Assembly: GCF_009914755.1 (NCBI RefSeq)
Contig: NC_060927.1
Length of the DNA stretch: 64,000 nucleotides
Reading direction: 5' to 3' (one strand)
Source of the DNA: the human T2T-CHM13v2.0 reference genome, Homo sapiens
Shown in pieces: positions 13,299-26,256 of this stretch. Within the stretch, counting starts at the first letter, position 1. The number at the start of each line of letters is the position of its first letter. The position numbers and the translations under genes are program-made. A model generated the notes under the pieces. That model was not told where the DNA came from and made no database searches. It was given only the letters and a program-made list of their open reading frames with translations.

Positions 13299-15685
13299 CT
13301 TTAAAAACAGTGAAAAGCACCAAAATACAAAACATATTTTAATAGGCAAATATACAGCAGAAAGTATTGCATATAAATCTCAAAATGATATAATCCATAA
13401 TTCTCAGAAAATTGGTTTAAAATTGATTTGGGAAGGACTCCATTAAGTAATACATGTCAGGGCATGGAGAAAAGCGCAACAATAATCTAAGTGAAACATA
13501 CTAAGAGATGCAGATAGACCCAAGAGAATTTGGATTAAATATTAGACAAAAAAGGTAGAATAATATAGAACTATTAAGCAACTATTATGTTTGCCTCTAA
13601 ACAACAATAAAATATGCTGCTCCTCAGTGAGTTGTAGCCCACTGTATAATCTCTCACATTTTTAATCCTAAAGTACTGCTGCTCATCTTGAGAACAAGAA
13701 AAGGCAGAAAAAAAAGCTGCATGACATTATGTAACACTGTAGGTGGCTGGCAAAATCCCTGTTCCTATCACTGGATTAAAATCAGAATTAAGAGATAAAA
13801 GATGCTCTGAATCATAAAATGACAATATTAATAATTCTTGAAAACAAAAAACCTTTTATTGAGTGCTTATTGAGTATAGAATTTAAGTCTCCAACATGTT
13901 ATTTTCAATTAGTCTTCATAACTCTAAACAGTAGAAAATATAAATATCCCATTTTATAGTTAAGTAAACTAAAGATTAAACAGATCAAGTTGCTTATGAT
14001 CACAAAACTTGGTGGGAGAGCAAGGGTCAAAGCCAAGTGACTTCAGGGCTCCTACTCTTAAACACTGCTCCCTCTGTGGGTCAGAGCCAACTATCTACAA
14101 CATTTCTGAGCTGCTCTGGCACCTCTTCTTAAGAATTTGTGGGTCATCTGAAAACGGTGAGAGGTGGAGTGGTATGTGGTGCCTTTCACAAACATATGGC
14201 CATAAATTTGGAGTTCAGCTGTCTTTTCAAGCTTCAGTCTAAAGTTCAAACCATAGATCTGGGCACAAGGTAAAGTCAGGAAATGCCCTAATATTATTTG
14301 ACGGCCTTCTAGACTTCTTTTGACTAGTCCCAAGTGTCAAATTCAACAATGTCATGGCAACACCCGAAGTTCTGAGGAAAGAGTTAAAATAAGGTCATGA
14401 TAGCACTTGTGCATGTGAAGGCATAAGCATGGAAATAACCTGGCTCTAGTGCTGATTTAAAATGAATTTTTCCTTTGGCCCAGGAATTTAGCCAAAAGTG
14501 TGGACACTGAAGTGGGGTATAATTCAGTTCTAAGTTACAATAAAAGTATTTAAATCACTCTAATTCATAAAATGGAATAAAACTACTAGTACCTGCTAAA
14601 AAAAGATCCCGTCCATATATACAAGCCCCTACAACAATGCTATAAATCAAATACCTAAACTACTTAATTAAGCTGGTAGAACAAAGAAATCTCAATGAAG
14701 AAAATGCTTATCATATAGAAAAAAACCTGAATCAGTTATTTTCACAAAATGAATACTACTGTAAACCTCATTTCCCTATTTGACTTGAAATACATATAAA
14801 TTATAGACCAGAACCTAGCTAAATATAGTTTTAACAGAAAATCTGGAATACAGAAAGAAAAAAAAACCACCTTTATTAAATCAGAGATCTTCTATGACAT
14901 GAATTTAATTTTAAATATGGAACAAAAAACACATGTAGGAGAGAAAAATACATAAAAACAAACTTGAAACTTTAGTCTTTTGGTACATAAATAATGCCCT
15001 ACAAAATAAAGAGTAATTGAAAAAAGCAGTGACAACTGTTTCAGCGACACGGTAAGTATTAAAATGCAGGAGAATACCAGGCCACAGATGAAAGAGTTTG
15101 AAGCTAGAAAAACATTATCAATTGGAAACTTATTAATTATAGAATTCCTATCCCCAGTCAAAACTGTACCTTTCAACTACAATTGAAAAACAATTTTTAA
15201 GAAAAAAGATATATTAAGTTGAAGCACCTATATACAAACAAGGTGATAATTCCAAACAATCCTAGTTTAAATAAAAGTTCTGCCAATATTGGGATCATTT
15301 TTTCAGCTACCAACAGGGAGTCTTTATCGTGAGTACTTGGAAGTAATAAAACACTGTTATTATTCAGAATATTTTAAAATATAGATTGTGAAAACTGCTA
15401 AATTGCTTAAGGTACCTTAGTAATTAAAATAAAAGGTATTGAAAAAAAATAAAAACTTAAAGCCTCTTAAAAGCAGATTTATAATGAAGGCCTTAATTGG
15501 TATCATAAACCTTTCTTTTAGCTTTAGCCAGTTTCCTAAAGATGGAGCATACTTTTGAACCTAACAGAAAACGTTTATGTTTTATATTTTAAAGAACATA
15601 AAACTGCAAAATCTCTGCATTTATTAATGCCACAAACATGTTCAGTAAATTTTGTTAATTTAAAAAAAAAAAACCTGTTCAAAAA

Positions 15686-15980
<295 letters not shown>

Positions 15981-16315
15981 CAAAAACCTGATCAAATTTT
16001 ATTAAACTATTTATTATTCAAAGAACCAGAAGGTCAGACTTAGACACTATAAAGAAAAGAAGTAATAGTAAAGGAAGTAAATGCATTTTTCTCAAATTAG
16101 TCCATCATATTGTGCTAACATAGCCAAATAACATAGGTATAACACCCACTTGTTCTTCCTTTATTTTGAAGGGGCATTGTTTAACAGAAGAATCTGCTGG
16201 GGGGAAAGTTAAACTGGTCATTCTAATTTTCATCCATTAACCTATTTTGCAAATTGCTATAATTCTGAAGCCATGCATTTTACTAATTTTCTATTCTTTA
16301 CTCAATATTACTTAC

Positions 16316-16365
16316 CATTGCCATGTTGGACAGTGGTGGACTAGGTGATCTCCAGCTGCCACAAA
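16316..16365 (-). CDS. ATG3: ATG3 coding exon 3 (FVAAGDHLVHHCPTWQW)
   Basis: 50 nt, atag| acceptor, |gtaagt donor; conserved ATG3 motif. Confidence 0.97.
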
Positions 16366-17235
16366 CTATTCAGGATTTAAAAGTAATATGAAAAAAAGGA
16401 AAAAGAAAAATCAAACATCACTGAATGTGCAAGGTGGCAAAATACCAAACTGATGGCACTAGGTAACACTGAAATCCAGTAAGCAATAAAAATATAAACA
16501 GCAACAAAGCTGCTCTACCAGCCTCAAGATTTATTTTTGATTATGACTAAACTGCAATGTTTTCTAATGTCCATAAAAAAATTCAAATTAATCTTGGAAG
16601 AAAAAACAAGTGCTGTTTTTTAAAAATTCAGTTTTTATAATTGGATTAAGTAATGCCAAAAGCAGTATAATGAAATTGATAAATGTAAGGCTATCAGATT
16701 TAAATTGTCAAAATCCATTTTAAGGATACAAAAATGTAGACACATTCTTGCCAATGACTGAAAATACAATAAAAATCTGAAAAAAATTACTAAATAGATA
16801 CAAGTCTATAATGTAAGTCTACTTTATTATATCACAGGGCACACTTCTTCCTCTTCCTCTTTTATTATTTTTAAAAATTTAAGTGATTTTGAAAGCTTTT
16901 TTGCACTTCTAAAAGAGAAATGCAGTGCCAAAACAATGGGAAAAAGTTAGAAGCTTTTTGGTCTCACTCTGAAAACACCTACAAAATTAACAAATTGAAT
17001 TCTCTCTAAAAAACCTTAGACTTCCTAAGCGGGCTGAATATTGTACAAGTTTTTGTTTTTCTTCAGAAATAAAAACCAGATTCAGGGAGATAAACTTTAC
17101 CCATTTGAGAATTATCAGTTTACACGAACATGAGCTGATCTTACTGGCGAACAGAAATCCTGCTTATTTCTGAGGGCAGAAAATTTAAGTCTGTTAAGCA
17201 TAACTGCAGTGTCCCAACTCAAGCAGGATGTGCAT

Positions 17236-17662
17236 TGTCAGGCCTCTGAGCCCAAGCTAAGCCATCATATACCCTGTGACCTGCACGTATACATCTAGAT
17301 GTGCTGAAGCAACTGAAGATCCACAAAAGAAGTGAAAATAGCCTTAATTGATGACACTCCACCATTGTGATTTGTTTCTGCCCCACCCTAACTGATCAAG
17401 GTACTTTGTAATCTCCCCCATCCTTAAGAAGGTTCTTTGTAATTCTCCCCATCCTTGAGAATGTATTTTGTGCCATCCACCCCCTGCCCACAAAACATTG
17501 CTCCTAACTCCACTGCCTATCCCAAAATCTATAAGAACTAATGATAATCTCACCATCCTTTGCTCTTTTCGGACTCAGCCCGCCTGCACCCAGGTGAAAT
17601 AAACAGCCTTGTTGCTCACACAAAGCCTGTTTGGTGGTCTCTACACATGGACGCATGTGACA
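17236..17662 (+). mobile_element. HERV-H solo LTR (LTR7 family) in ATG3 intron 2
   Basis: Starts tgtcaggcctctgagcccaagctaagcc and ends ...aaataaacagccttgttgctcacacaaagcctgtttggtggtctc...gtgaca. Confidence 0.93.
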
Positions 17663-19300
17663 CCCACATACTTGCCAAATTACTTCTATTTTGCAACAGC
17701 TCTAGCTTAAAATCTTGTATTGTTCATGGGTTTATTACACAGCAAAAAATTACAAAATATTTAATCTCTAATACCTTTGAGAAAGTATGCCTATATAAAA
17801 TACTCTAGTTTAATTTGAGCATATAATTCTATCAAATAAGAATTCTAAGAATAACCTCTTTTAAGATGAAACATTAACAAGATATAGCAACTGGATTCCT
17901 GATAGAAACTTTATGTTTCTGTTCTTTTACTTCGAATAACCTTATTATTTAAACAGCCTAAGTAAAGACAAAAACCAAAATAAAAACAATAGTCTCTTCC
18001 CCAAATTTTGAGCACTTCGAGCTCATTGCAACCAGATGCTACATTTAGCTCTGTGGTTATCAGGAACTAATTTATTACCATTAAAAGTAATAATTTAACT
18101 AAATGAAAGCAAAATAATTAAAAATAAAAAATTCTTTCATTGTATTGCCTTGAGGTAACAAGACTAACATTTTATCTCATAGTCCCTATAGTATCTTCTA
18201 TTTAAAAACAAGAACACTAGGAGGCAAGAAAAACGAAAAACAAAAAACAAAACAAAAAAAACACAGACTCACACTGATAATACATGTGTACATCTGCCCT
18301 CATTAGCAATGGCCATCATAACTTGCTTCACGTGTTCAAATGATGCAAGATTCAAATTTCTAAATGATCAATATTGCTTGCAATAGCTTTCTCTTAGAGA
18401 CTAAAAATGTTCTCTTATTATCTTTATTATCAGTATATAATACTGACCAACTCCAACAAGAATCAATATTTACACCTTGGTGAGCAATTCCATTCCTCAA
18501 GCTAACCTCAATTAATAGTATTCTACTTAAACAAGTCATACATACATCCAACATTAGTTTTTTCTTTGTTTTTTGACAATACAGTATCAGATACTAGCTG
18601 CCCCTCTTTTTAAGCACAATACTGCCACACCTCTGAATGAAAACAAAAAGATAGCTGATGTCTGGCAGAAACTCAGAAACAGCAAGATGAAACAAATGAA
18701 CAAATCAACTCAGTATATAATATTTACACAAAGCAAATGATGCCTTCCCATTTCCTCCTCCAGGCTCATTCTACTCTAACTCAATCCTGTAATTGTGCTC
18801 TATCCCAACCCTGCATTATGTAATAGACAGCCAGCTGGGCTAATTTGGCCTTGGATTTTTTTAGAGAGGAAAATTCATAAATTGATTGATGTTGTAATTA
18901 AGTGTAACAGTTATTTATTCTAGGATGAATTCCTGTTTTGAAACTGCTTAATTCTATCCAATGACCACAGACTTTGCATCTCTAACTGCAACTATATATT
19001 CAACAATTAGTCATCTTCACAGAGGAAATAAAACCAAAGAGTGCAATAAGAACAGCATACTTTCATCTCCGCTCTTGATTTCAGATAAAGAGCCATGTTC
19101 AAATTACACCTCTGTTTGGCAAGAATGTTAATGATATCCTTAAAATCAAAACTTAGTTTTATTTGGCATTTGAGGTAATAAAACCTAAGGCAGAATAGGA
19201 TCTTTACAGAATGTCTAGCCCACAACCGTTATTTTATAGATGAGGAAACATGAAGCCTCGGCAGGGTAGTTTAACTGATTTCCTCATTAGGAGAAATTAC

Positions 19301-20065
19301 CGTCCCGTCCGGGAGGTGAGGGGCGCCTCTGCCTGGCCGCCCCTACTGGGAAGTGAGGAGCCCCTCTGCCCGGCCGCCCCTACTGGGAAGAGAGGAGCCC
19401 CTCTGCCCGGCCAGCCGCCCCATCCGGGAGGGAGGTGGGGGGGTCAGCCCCCCGCCCGGCCAGCCGCCCCGTCCGGGAGGTGAGGGGCACCTCTGCCCGG
19501 CCGCCCCTACTGGGAAGTGAGGAGCCCCTCTGCCCGGCCACCACCCCGTCTGGGAGGTGTACTCAACAGCTCATTGAGAACGGGCCATGATGACAATGGC
19601 GGTTTTGTGGAATAGAAAGGGGGGAAAGGTGGGGAAAAGATTGAGAAATCGGATGGTTGCCATGTCTGTGTAGAAAGAGGTAGACATTGTAGACTTTTCA
19701 TTTTGTTCTGTACTAAGAAAAATTCTTCTGCCTTGGGATCCTGTTGATCTGTGACCTTACCCCCAACCCTGTGCTCTCTGAAACATGTGCTGTGTCCACT
19801 CAGGGTTGAATGGATTAAGGGTGGTGCAAGATGTGCTTTGTTAAACAGATGCTTGAAGGCAGCATGCTCGTTAAGAGTCATCACCACTCCCTAACCTCAA
19901 GTACCCAGGGACACAAACACTGCGGAAGGCCACAGGGTCCTCTGCCTAGGAAAACCAGAGACCTTTGTTCACTTATCTGCTGACCTTCCCTCCACTATTG
20001 TCCTGTGACCCTGCCAAATCCCCCTCTGCGAGAAACACCCAAGAATGATCAATTAAAAAAAAAAA
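19301..20065 (+). mobile_element. 5'-truncated SVA (SVA_D-like): VNTR + SINE-R + poly(A)
   Basis: GC-rich VNTR units (cccctctgcccggcc...gggaggtgagg), HERV-K-derived SINE-R and A-tail; TSD agaaattac at 19292-19300 and 20066-20074. Confidence 0.96.
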
Positions 20066-20179
20066 AGAAATTACAGAAATAGGTCTAGAAGGCAGGTCTC
20101 CTAGGTTATTTCCATACTACCATGTGTCTTCACCAAAAACAAAAGACAATTTTAGAGAAAAGATTAGTTATGCAAACCA

Positions 20180-20360
20180 TTTTTTTTTTTCAGACGGAGT
20201 CTCGTTCTGTCGCCCAGGCTGGACTACAGGCGCCCACCATCACGCCCCGCTAATTTTTTATATTTTTAGTAGAGACGGGGTTTCGCCCTGTTAGCCTGTA
20301 TTCCGCCTGCCTCTGCCTCCTAAAGTGTTGGGATTACAGGCGTGAGCCACCACGCCCAGC
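20180..20360 (-). mobile_element. AluY-like element with two internal deletions
   Basis: T-tail and both Alu ends are present, but the element is only ~180 bp; TSD aaaccatt. Confidence 0.88.
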
Positions 20361-20389
20361 ACAGAAACCATTCTTAAAACTCACAAGGA

Positions 20390-20670
<281 letters not shown>

Positions 20671-21410
20671 AACCACAAAGATTTGGAACTAGACAAATTC
20701 CATCACAACTGAAAATTGAAAGATCAGTTAATTCTCTAGCTCCACACCTTGGACCTTAACAGCAGCAGCCTTATCATAAAATAAGGCTTAAAACGTTTGT
20801 TTCAAAACAGTGAATAAAGTTCTATTGCCAAAAAGTGGTGTTTTCATTGGCAGAAAAAAAAAAATTCAAGCTTAAATAAATTGTCTCTTATTAAGAACAA
20901 CCTAAGTCTGATAAAACCATAATTATTCATAAAATTGGAGCCTGAAAAGGTTTTTAGCCCAGTATTTACTTCTCCACCGACAACGAAATAGAACTCTTAA
21001 GAGAAAACAATATCTAAGTAGTAAGCAAAGTTTTCCAATGAAAAGCATGAAAACTCACATTTGATGTAAACAGAACCAAGACACCACAGACATTACAGAG
21101 CTTACTGCACAGCTCAATATAACACCAATACAAGTCAAGGATAAGTGACATAGGACTCATTTTGATCCCTTCTTTCACCCTCATTTCTAAATAAAGAGGA
21201 ACTACAGAGAAATATGAGAAGTGGCAAACTGACGGGGAAGTTACATCTTTTCTTCTATGGGAAGTAGAAATTCCCATAAATCACAGTCATAAAACCTAAT
21301 TTTACTCAAATCAAAATTAAAGTTCAAGATGTTTTCTTATGAAGCAGAAAAGCCACCTAGTTTAGTATTATTGTAAAATAAAAAGACTTCAGTATATCTT
21401 CAGCACTCAC

Positions 21411-21452
21411 CTCTTCTGGGGTAATTACACCTGTTTCCTTAAACTTTGATTC
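21411..21452 (-). CDS. ATG3: ATG3 coding exon 2 (ESKFKETGVITPEE)
   Basis: 42 nt, tttag| acceptor, |gtgagt donor. Confidence 0.97.
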
Positions 21453-21574
21453 CTAAAAAAAGCAGAAAGAAAAACAATATTATATCATGTTTCACTATCA
21501 ATTAAATATATTTTGGGGGCAATTATTTGCCTGGTGCCCTTCTAGGCAATAGAGCACATACAAAAAAAAATTAG

Positions 21575-21651
21575 TCTATCTATCTAATCTATAATCTATC
21601 TAATCTACCTATCTACCTACCTCATTGGTATCTATCTATATCTATCTATCT
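21575..21651. repeat. Imperfect (TCTA)n microsatellite
   Basis: tctatctatctaatct...tctatctatctg. Confidence 0.85.
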
Positions 21652-21773
21652 GTTTCACTCACTGGTAATGACCACAGGAATATACAAGTCTAATGTAGGA
21701 AACAGACATGAAAATAATTATAATACTATCAGATCAGTGCTATAATAGAGTAAAGCTCTATGTAGAAACATTC

Positions 21774-22073
<300 letters not shown>

Positions 22074-22379
22074 AAGCTCTATGTACAAACATTCTAAGAT
22101 TTAAATAAAAATAAAGCCTTACAGTGATTCTGTGAAATGAACAAATACCTTTATTTTACAGCACAGCAAAAATGTCTTAAAGATGTTTAGACATCTTACA
22201 ATTCAGCCAGTCTTATTTAAACTGAATAATGTTAGAAACCAAATCTAGAAATTATTTAGCATTTTCCTCTAATTCTCATCTCCACCAAGATACTGACACA
22301 CTATTCTCTAAATTTTTCTAAACTTTAAGTTATATGTAAGATTTTCTGGTAGAGTCTACAAAAATGAAAACACTCATTT

Positions 22380-22875
22380 ATAAACATTATTCATTCAACA
22401 AATGTTTACTATGTGCCAGACACTATTTGAGGCAGTGGGGATATTTGGGGGTGAATAACATAAATACAAATTTATTCTTGCCCTCATAAGGAGTTTCAAC
22501 TCCAGTTGAGGAAGAAAAGCCAAATGGTAATGAATAACATACCATAAAGAAAAATGAAGCTGAGAGGAATCTGTGGGGTGGCTGGGGAGAGATGGCCATT
22601 TAAAATAGAATGGTAAGAGAACAAAGACTTCACTGAATAATGACTTAAAAACCTTAAGGAAAGGAACATGCCATAAGGCTGTTAAGTGCGAAGCGCGTTT
22701 CAGATAGAGGGAAGAGCACATGCAAAACCCCAAACCAAGAGTGTGCTTAACAGAATAATAAAGAGATCAGGTTAGCTTAAGCAACAGCAGTCAGGGGATG
22801 GAGCAGATGAGATTGGGGCCTCTACCAATTAAGCAGAACCTTAGAGATGATTGTAAGAACTTCAGTGTTTACTGC
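22380..22875 (-). mobile_element. L2 fragment
   Basis: 'tcattcaacaaatgtttactatgtgccagacac' is the reverse L2 3' end. Confidence 0.65.
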
Positions 22876-24491
22876 ATGTACATACTCCAAACAAAACATG
22901 ATTTTTCTTAATTTTTACTTGCTAGGAGAAGGCTATTACTTATTTCCTGAGGATTTTGTTCTTTCTCCTTGCCCTCCCTAAGCAGGAAACTGTAAGGATT
23001 CTCTCTGTAAACAACAGTTTGCACAGGAGTATCAAGGAGACGGTCATTCATTCTTTCCTTTTTACTAAAGACATATACCATACATACTGACATGCCAACA
23101 GTTCCTTTTCAGTTTGGTGAGCAAGTATGATGGACTCCTGAAAACATAATTCTACATCATACATTTTATATTTCATTTGGGCAGTCTCTTGCTCCTCTCT
23201 CCCGGAAACTAAAAAGTTGTACAATGGTGTATTATTAAAATACTGTATACCTAGGTAGATATGATATTCTGAAAAGTTAACATAATTATGTAAAAGCATT
23301 TGATTCAAATGTGAAAATTATTTTCCAATCTTAGTTTGACTGAATAATCTTAAAATGACTTTCACAGTAAACAAATGTAAGCAAAGCAACAGTTGAAATT
23401 CTCATTTATAATCGCTGGTTTATTTCTTACTTGGCCAATAAGTTATTCTTTTAAAAGGAGCTTTACAAAAACGTATTTTAAAAAGTATAGACCTAGTACT
23501 TCCCTTTGTCATGGAAAGGGAGCAAAGCAAAACTCTCCACTATTCTTAGCATATTAAGGTATTTCACCCCCACACTGAGATTGGTACATTCTAACTGAAA
23601 GCTTAAAAACAACTAGAAAAAAAAAACAAAAACTAAGCAAGAACTTCCCATTAATTTACTATTCTTGCTCACTTTTCAGAAAGCAAAAATGAAGTTACAA
23701 CAAAACACTCCAAAAGAGTTATAAAAGAAAAGCTTGAAGGCAGTTGTAGAAATTTACCTTTAAAAAAAAAATCAGTCACTACTGTAACAGCTAATGTGTC
23801 ACAATTTTTTACTTTAAAAATGCTGTACTGTTGCCAATATATTTTTAAAAATTATACAGCCAGGAAGGTCAAACCGTGCCTTGTTATCACTAATAACCAG
23901 CTACGGCTATCTGAAAAGCTTGGGAAAAAGGTTTTGCTCGTTAGATGGGTTCAAGGTTACTGAATGAGATAATGTTGCCAATTTCACCTCCTTCCTCTGA
24001 AATCTAAACGAGTTGGGATCGCAGTCACAACTTCCCCACTACAGCGGACTTTCATGAAACTTAAAGGAAAAGTGACCTCACCTCAGGTCTCTTTTGACCT
24101 CTGTGTGTCAAACACTAAATTCATTTTTTAAAGAGAAGCAAAATCCTTGCTTAAAAAGGCTAAAAGACTTCCAGTGTTTGGATTTAACGTTCTTCAATCT
24201 ACTCAGCCTCCGAACACCCTTCCAACCCGACGTACCCGACCGCGCAGAGTTATGACGGGAGAAGGCAGGAACACGCAGAGCGTCGCTCCAAGTTTACCCC
24301 TGAGGAGTCAGAAAGCCCTAACGAACAGCCGGTTAAGACTACGGGTGGGGGCTGCACACTTCCCTGTGTCTCGAGCCCTACTGCCTTCCTACACCTTGCC
24401 CCGCCAGAGAAAGCGGGGACTCCTGCGGCGCCTGGTCCCTGAAAAGTCGAGCATGTGCCTGACAGCTCCCGGCAACCCTGGCCTGGCTTAC

Positions 24492-24563
24492 CTTGAGGAC
24501 CGGGGTCAGGTACTCAGCCACTTCCAGTGCCTTTCCCTTCACAGTATTAATCACATTCTGCAT
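24492..24563 (-). CDS. ATG3: ATG3 exon 1 coding part ([25 protein letters not shown]-terminal amphipathic helix)
   Basis: ATG at 24563-24561, 24 codons, then |gtaagc donor; recognisable ATG3 N-terminus. Confidence 0.98.
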
Positions 24564-24980
24564 CCTGGGGCCGGAGTAGCGGCCGGCCCCGCGACGGGAT
24601 GGAAAGTGCAGCCGTGTCAGGGGCCAGGGAGTCAGAAAATGTCCTCGCTGCCACCGACTCGCATCAGCACCCGGCTGGCAGCACCCGAGGGGACGGGACG
24701 CGACGCGACGGGACGGGCGGGACGAGGGGGCGGGGCGGCAGGCACAGCGCGCGAAGACGGGGTGCGCGATCCTCGCACCCCAGGCAGCCCGCGACGGACC
24801 GGACCCAGCTGTCACCCAGCCGCGAGGGAGGGCAGCGGGGCCGAAGGGAGACCTGAGGTGAGAAGCGGACGCACACGCACCCCTCGCCCTCTGGGAGCTG
24901 TCTGTCCTCGCTTTGCTTCACTCGCGCCCCTTCCGGCTTCCCTTCCTTCTCACTCTCTTGCCGTAGCTGCGCCGCCACCG
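24564..24980 (-). other. ATG3: ATG3 5' UTR (GC-rich; upstream end approximate)
   Basis: Sequence between the ATG and the E-box/ETS promoter cluster; the exact TSS cannot be read from sequence. Confidence 0.6.
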
Positions 24981-24985
24981 GGGCC

Positions 24986-25125
24986 TCACGTGACACTAGA
25001 CTCTCCCGGCACGTGACGTGAGAAAGGGGCCGGGCTGGGGCGGGATAAGCCGCTTCTCCCCTCCTTCCGGAAGCGTAACACTGAACGTGCCTGCGCAATG
25101 GGTGTCGGGTCCGCTTTTTCCCAAT
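24986..25125. promoter_or_regulatory. Motif cluster: two CLEAR/USF-type E-boxes (TCACGTGAC 24986-24994; GCACGTGAC 25009-25017), GC box 25037-25044, palindromic ETS site CTTCCGGAAG 25064-25073, NRF1-like TGCCTGCGCA 25088-25097, CCAAT 25121-25125
   Basis: Motifs read directly; ETS/GABP, NRF1 and CCAAT motifs are typical of bidirectional promoters. Binding is inferred. Confidence 0.7.
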
Positions 25126-25308
25126 CCGGACGTAATCGTGGTTTTTGTTCTGCAATAGGCGGCTTAGAGGGAGGGGCTTTTTCGCCTATACCTACTGTAG
25201 CTTCTCCACGTATGGACCCTAAAGGCTACTGCTGCTACTACGGGGCTAGACAGTTACTGTCTCAGCTCTAGGATGTGCGTTCTTCCACTAGAAGCTCTTC
25301 TGAGGGAG
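25080..25308 (+). other. SLC35A5: SLC35A5 non-coding exon 1 (start approximate)
   Basis: GAG|gtaacc donor at 25309, within the CpG island and upstream of the ATG-containing exon. Confidence 0.75.
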
Positions 25309-25800
25309 GTAACCGCGCCCCGCGGGCAAGGAATTGCGCCTGCGTCTGAGGGGAGGGTGCGCCAGTGAAGAGCCCTACTGCGCATGTGTGACTAGAAGGG
25401 TAGTCCCTGACTGTGAAGGGAAATCTGGCCCCCTCCTGTCGGGGAGGCGTCCTGTAGGCGTGCGCCCAATGGGGCTGTCAGTATTGGCATTTCTCCCCAC
25501 TCCCCGCAGGCTCTATGCGCTATTCCTACAGTACGCTGGGAGGCTTTGGGCAAGTTACTTACCCAACCTGGGGTTTAGTGTCCTCAGCCTATCAAAAGAG
25601 GGCCTTAGATTCATTGATTTCTACGATCTCCTCCATTTCAAACACTAACTAGTTCAGTAAAACTTTACAGCAGTGTTTCAGATATTTCCATTTTGGTCGT
25701 TATTGTAATGAAGTCTGTCCTAATAAGCTTTTTCCTCCGAGGGAAAAGAGGAGGAAAATACAATTCTGAAAGCCTTATCTTACAGCAAAATTATTTACTA

Positions 25801-26256
<456 letters not shown>

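Larger units (their letters stand above)
24200..25560. promoter_or_regulatory. CpG island / bidirectional promoter shared by ATG3 and SLC35A5
   Basis: The only CpG-dense non-repeat stretch in the window; first exons diverge from it. Confidence 0.92.

Noticed and set aside
18267-18361. Possible cryptic 87-nt ATG3 poison exon (GTGAGT donor at 18272)
   Set aside because: Acceptor lacks a pyrimidine tract and the exonic donor context is weak; unsupported without RNA data.
19250-19887. 77-aa and 126-aa ORFs
   Set aside because: Derived from SVA VNTR/SINE-R sequence.
24147-25016. 289-aa + strand ORF antisense to ATG3 exon 1 (also the 163-aa - strand ORF 24664-25155)
   Set aside because: Low-complexity R/G/P/A-rich translation typical of stop-poor CpG islands; the long ORF has a TTG start and no recognisable domain.
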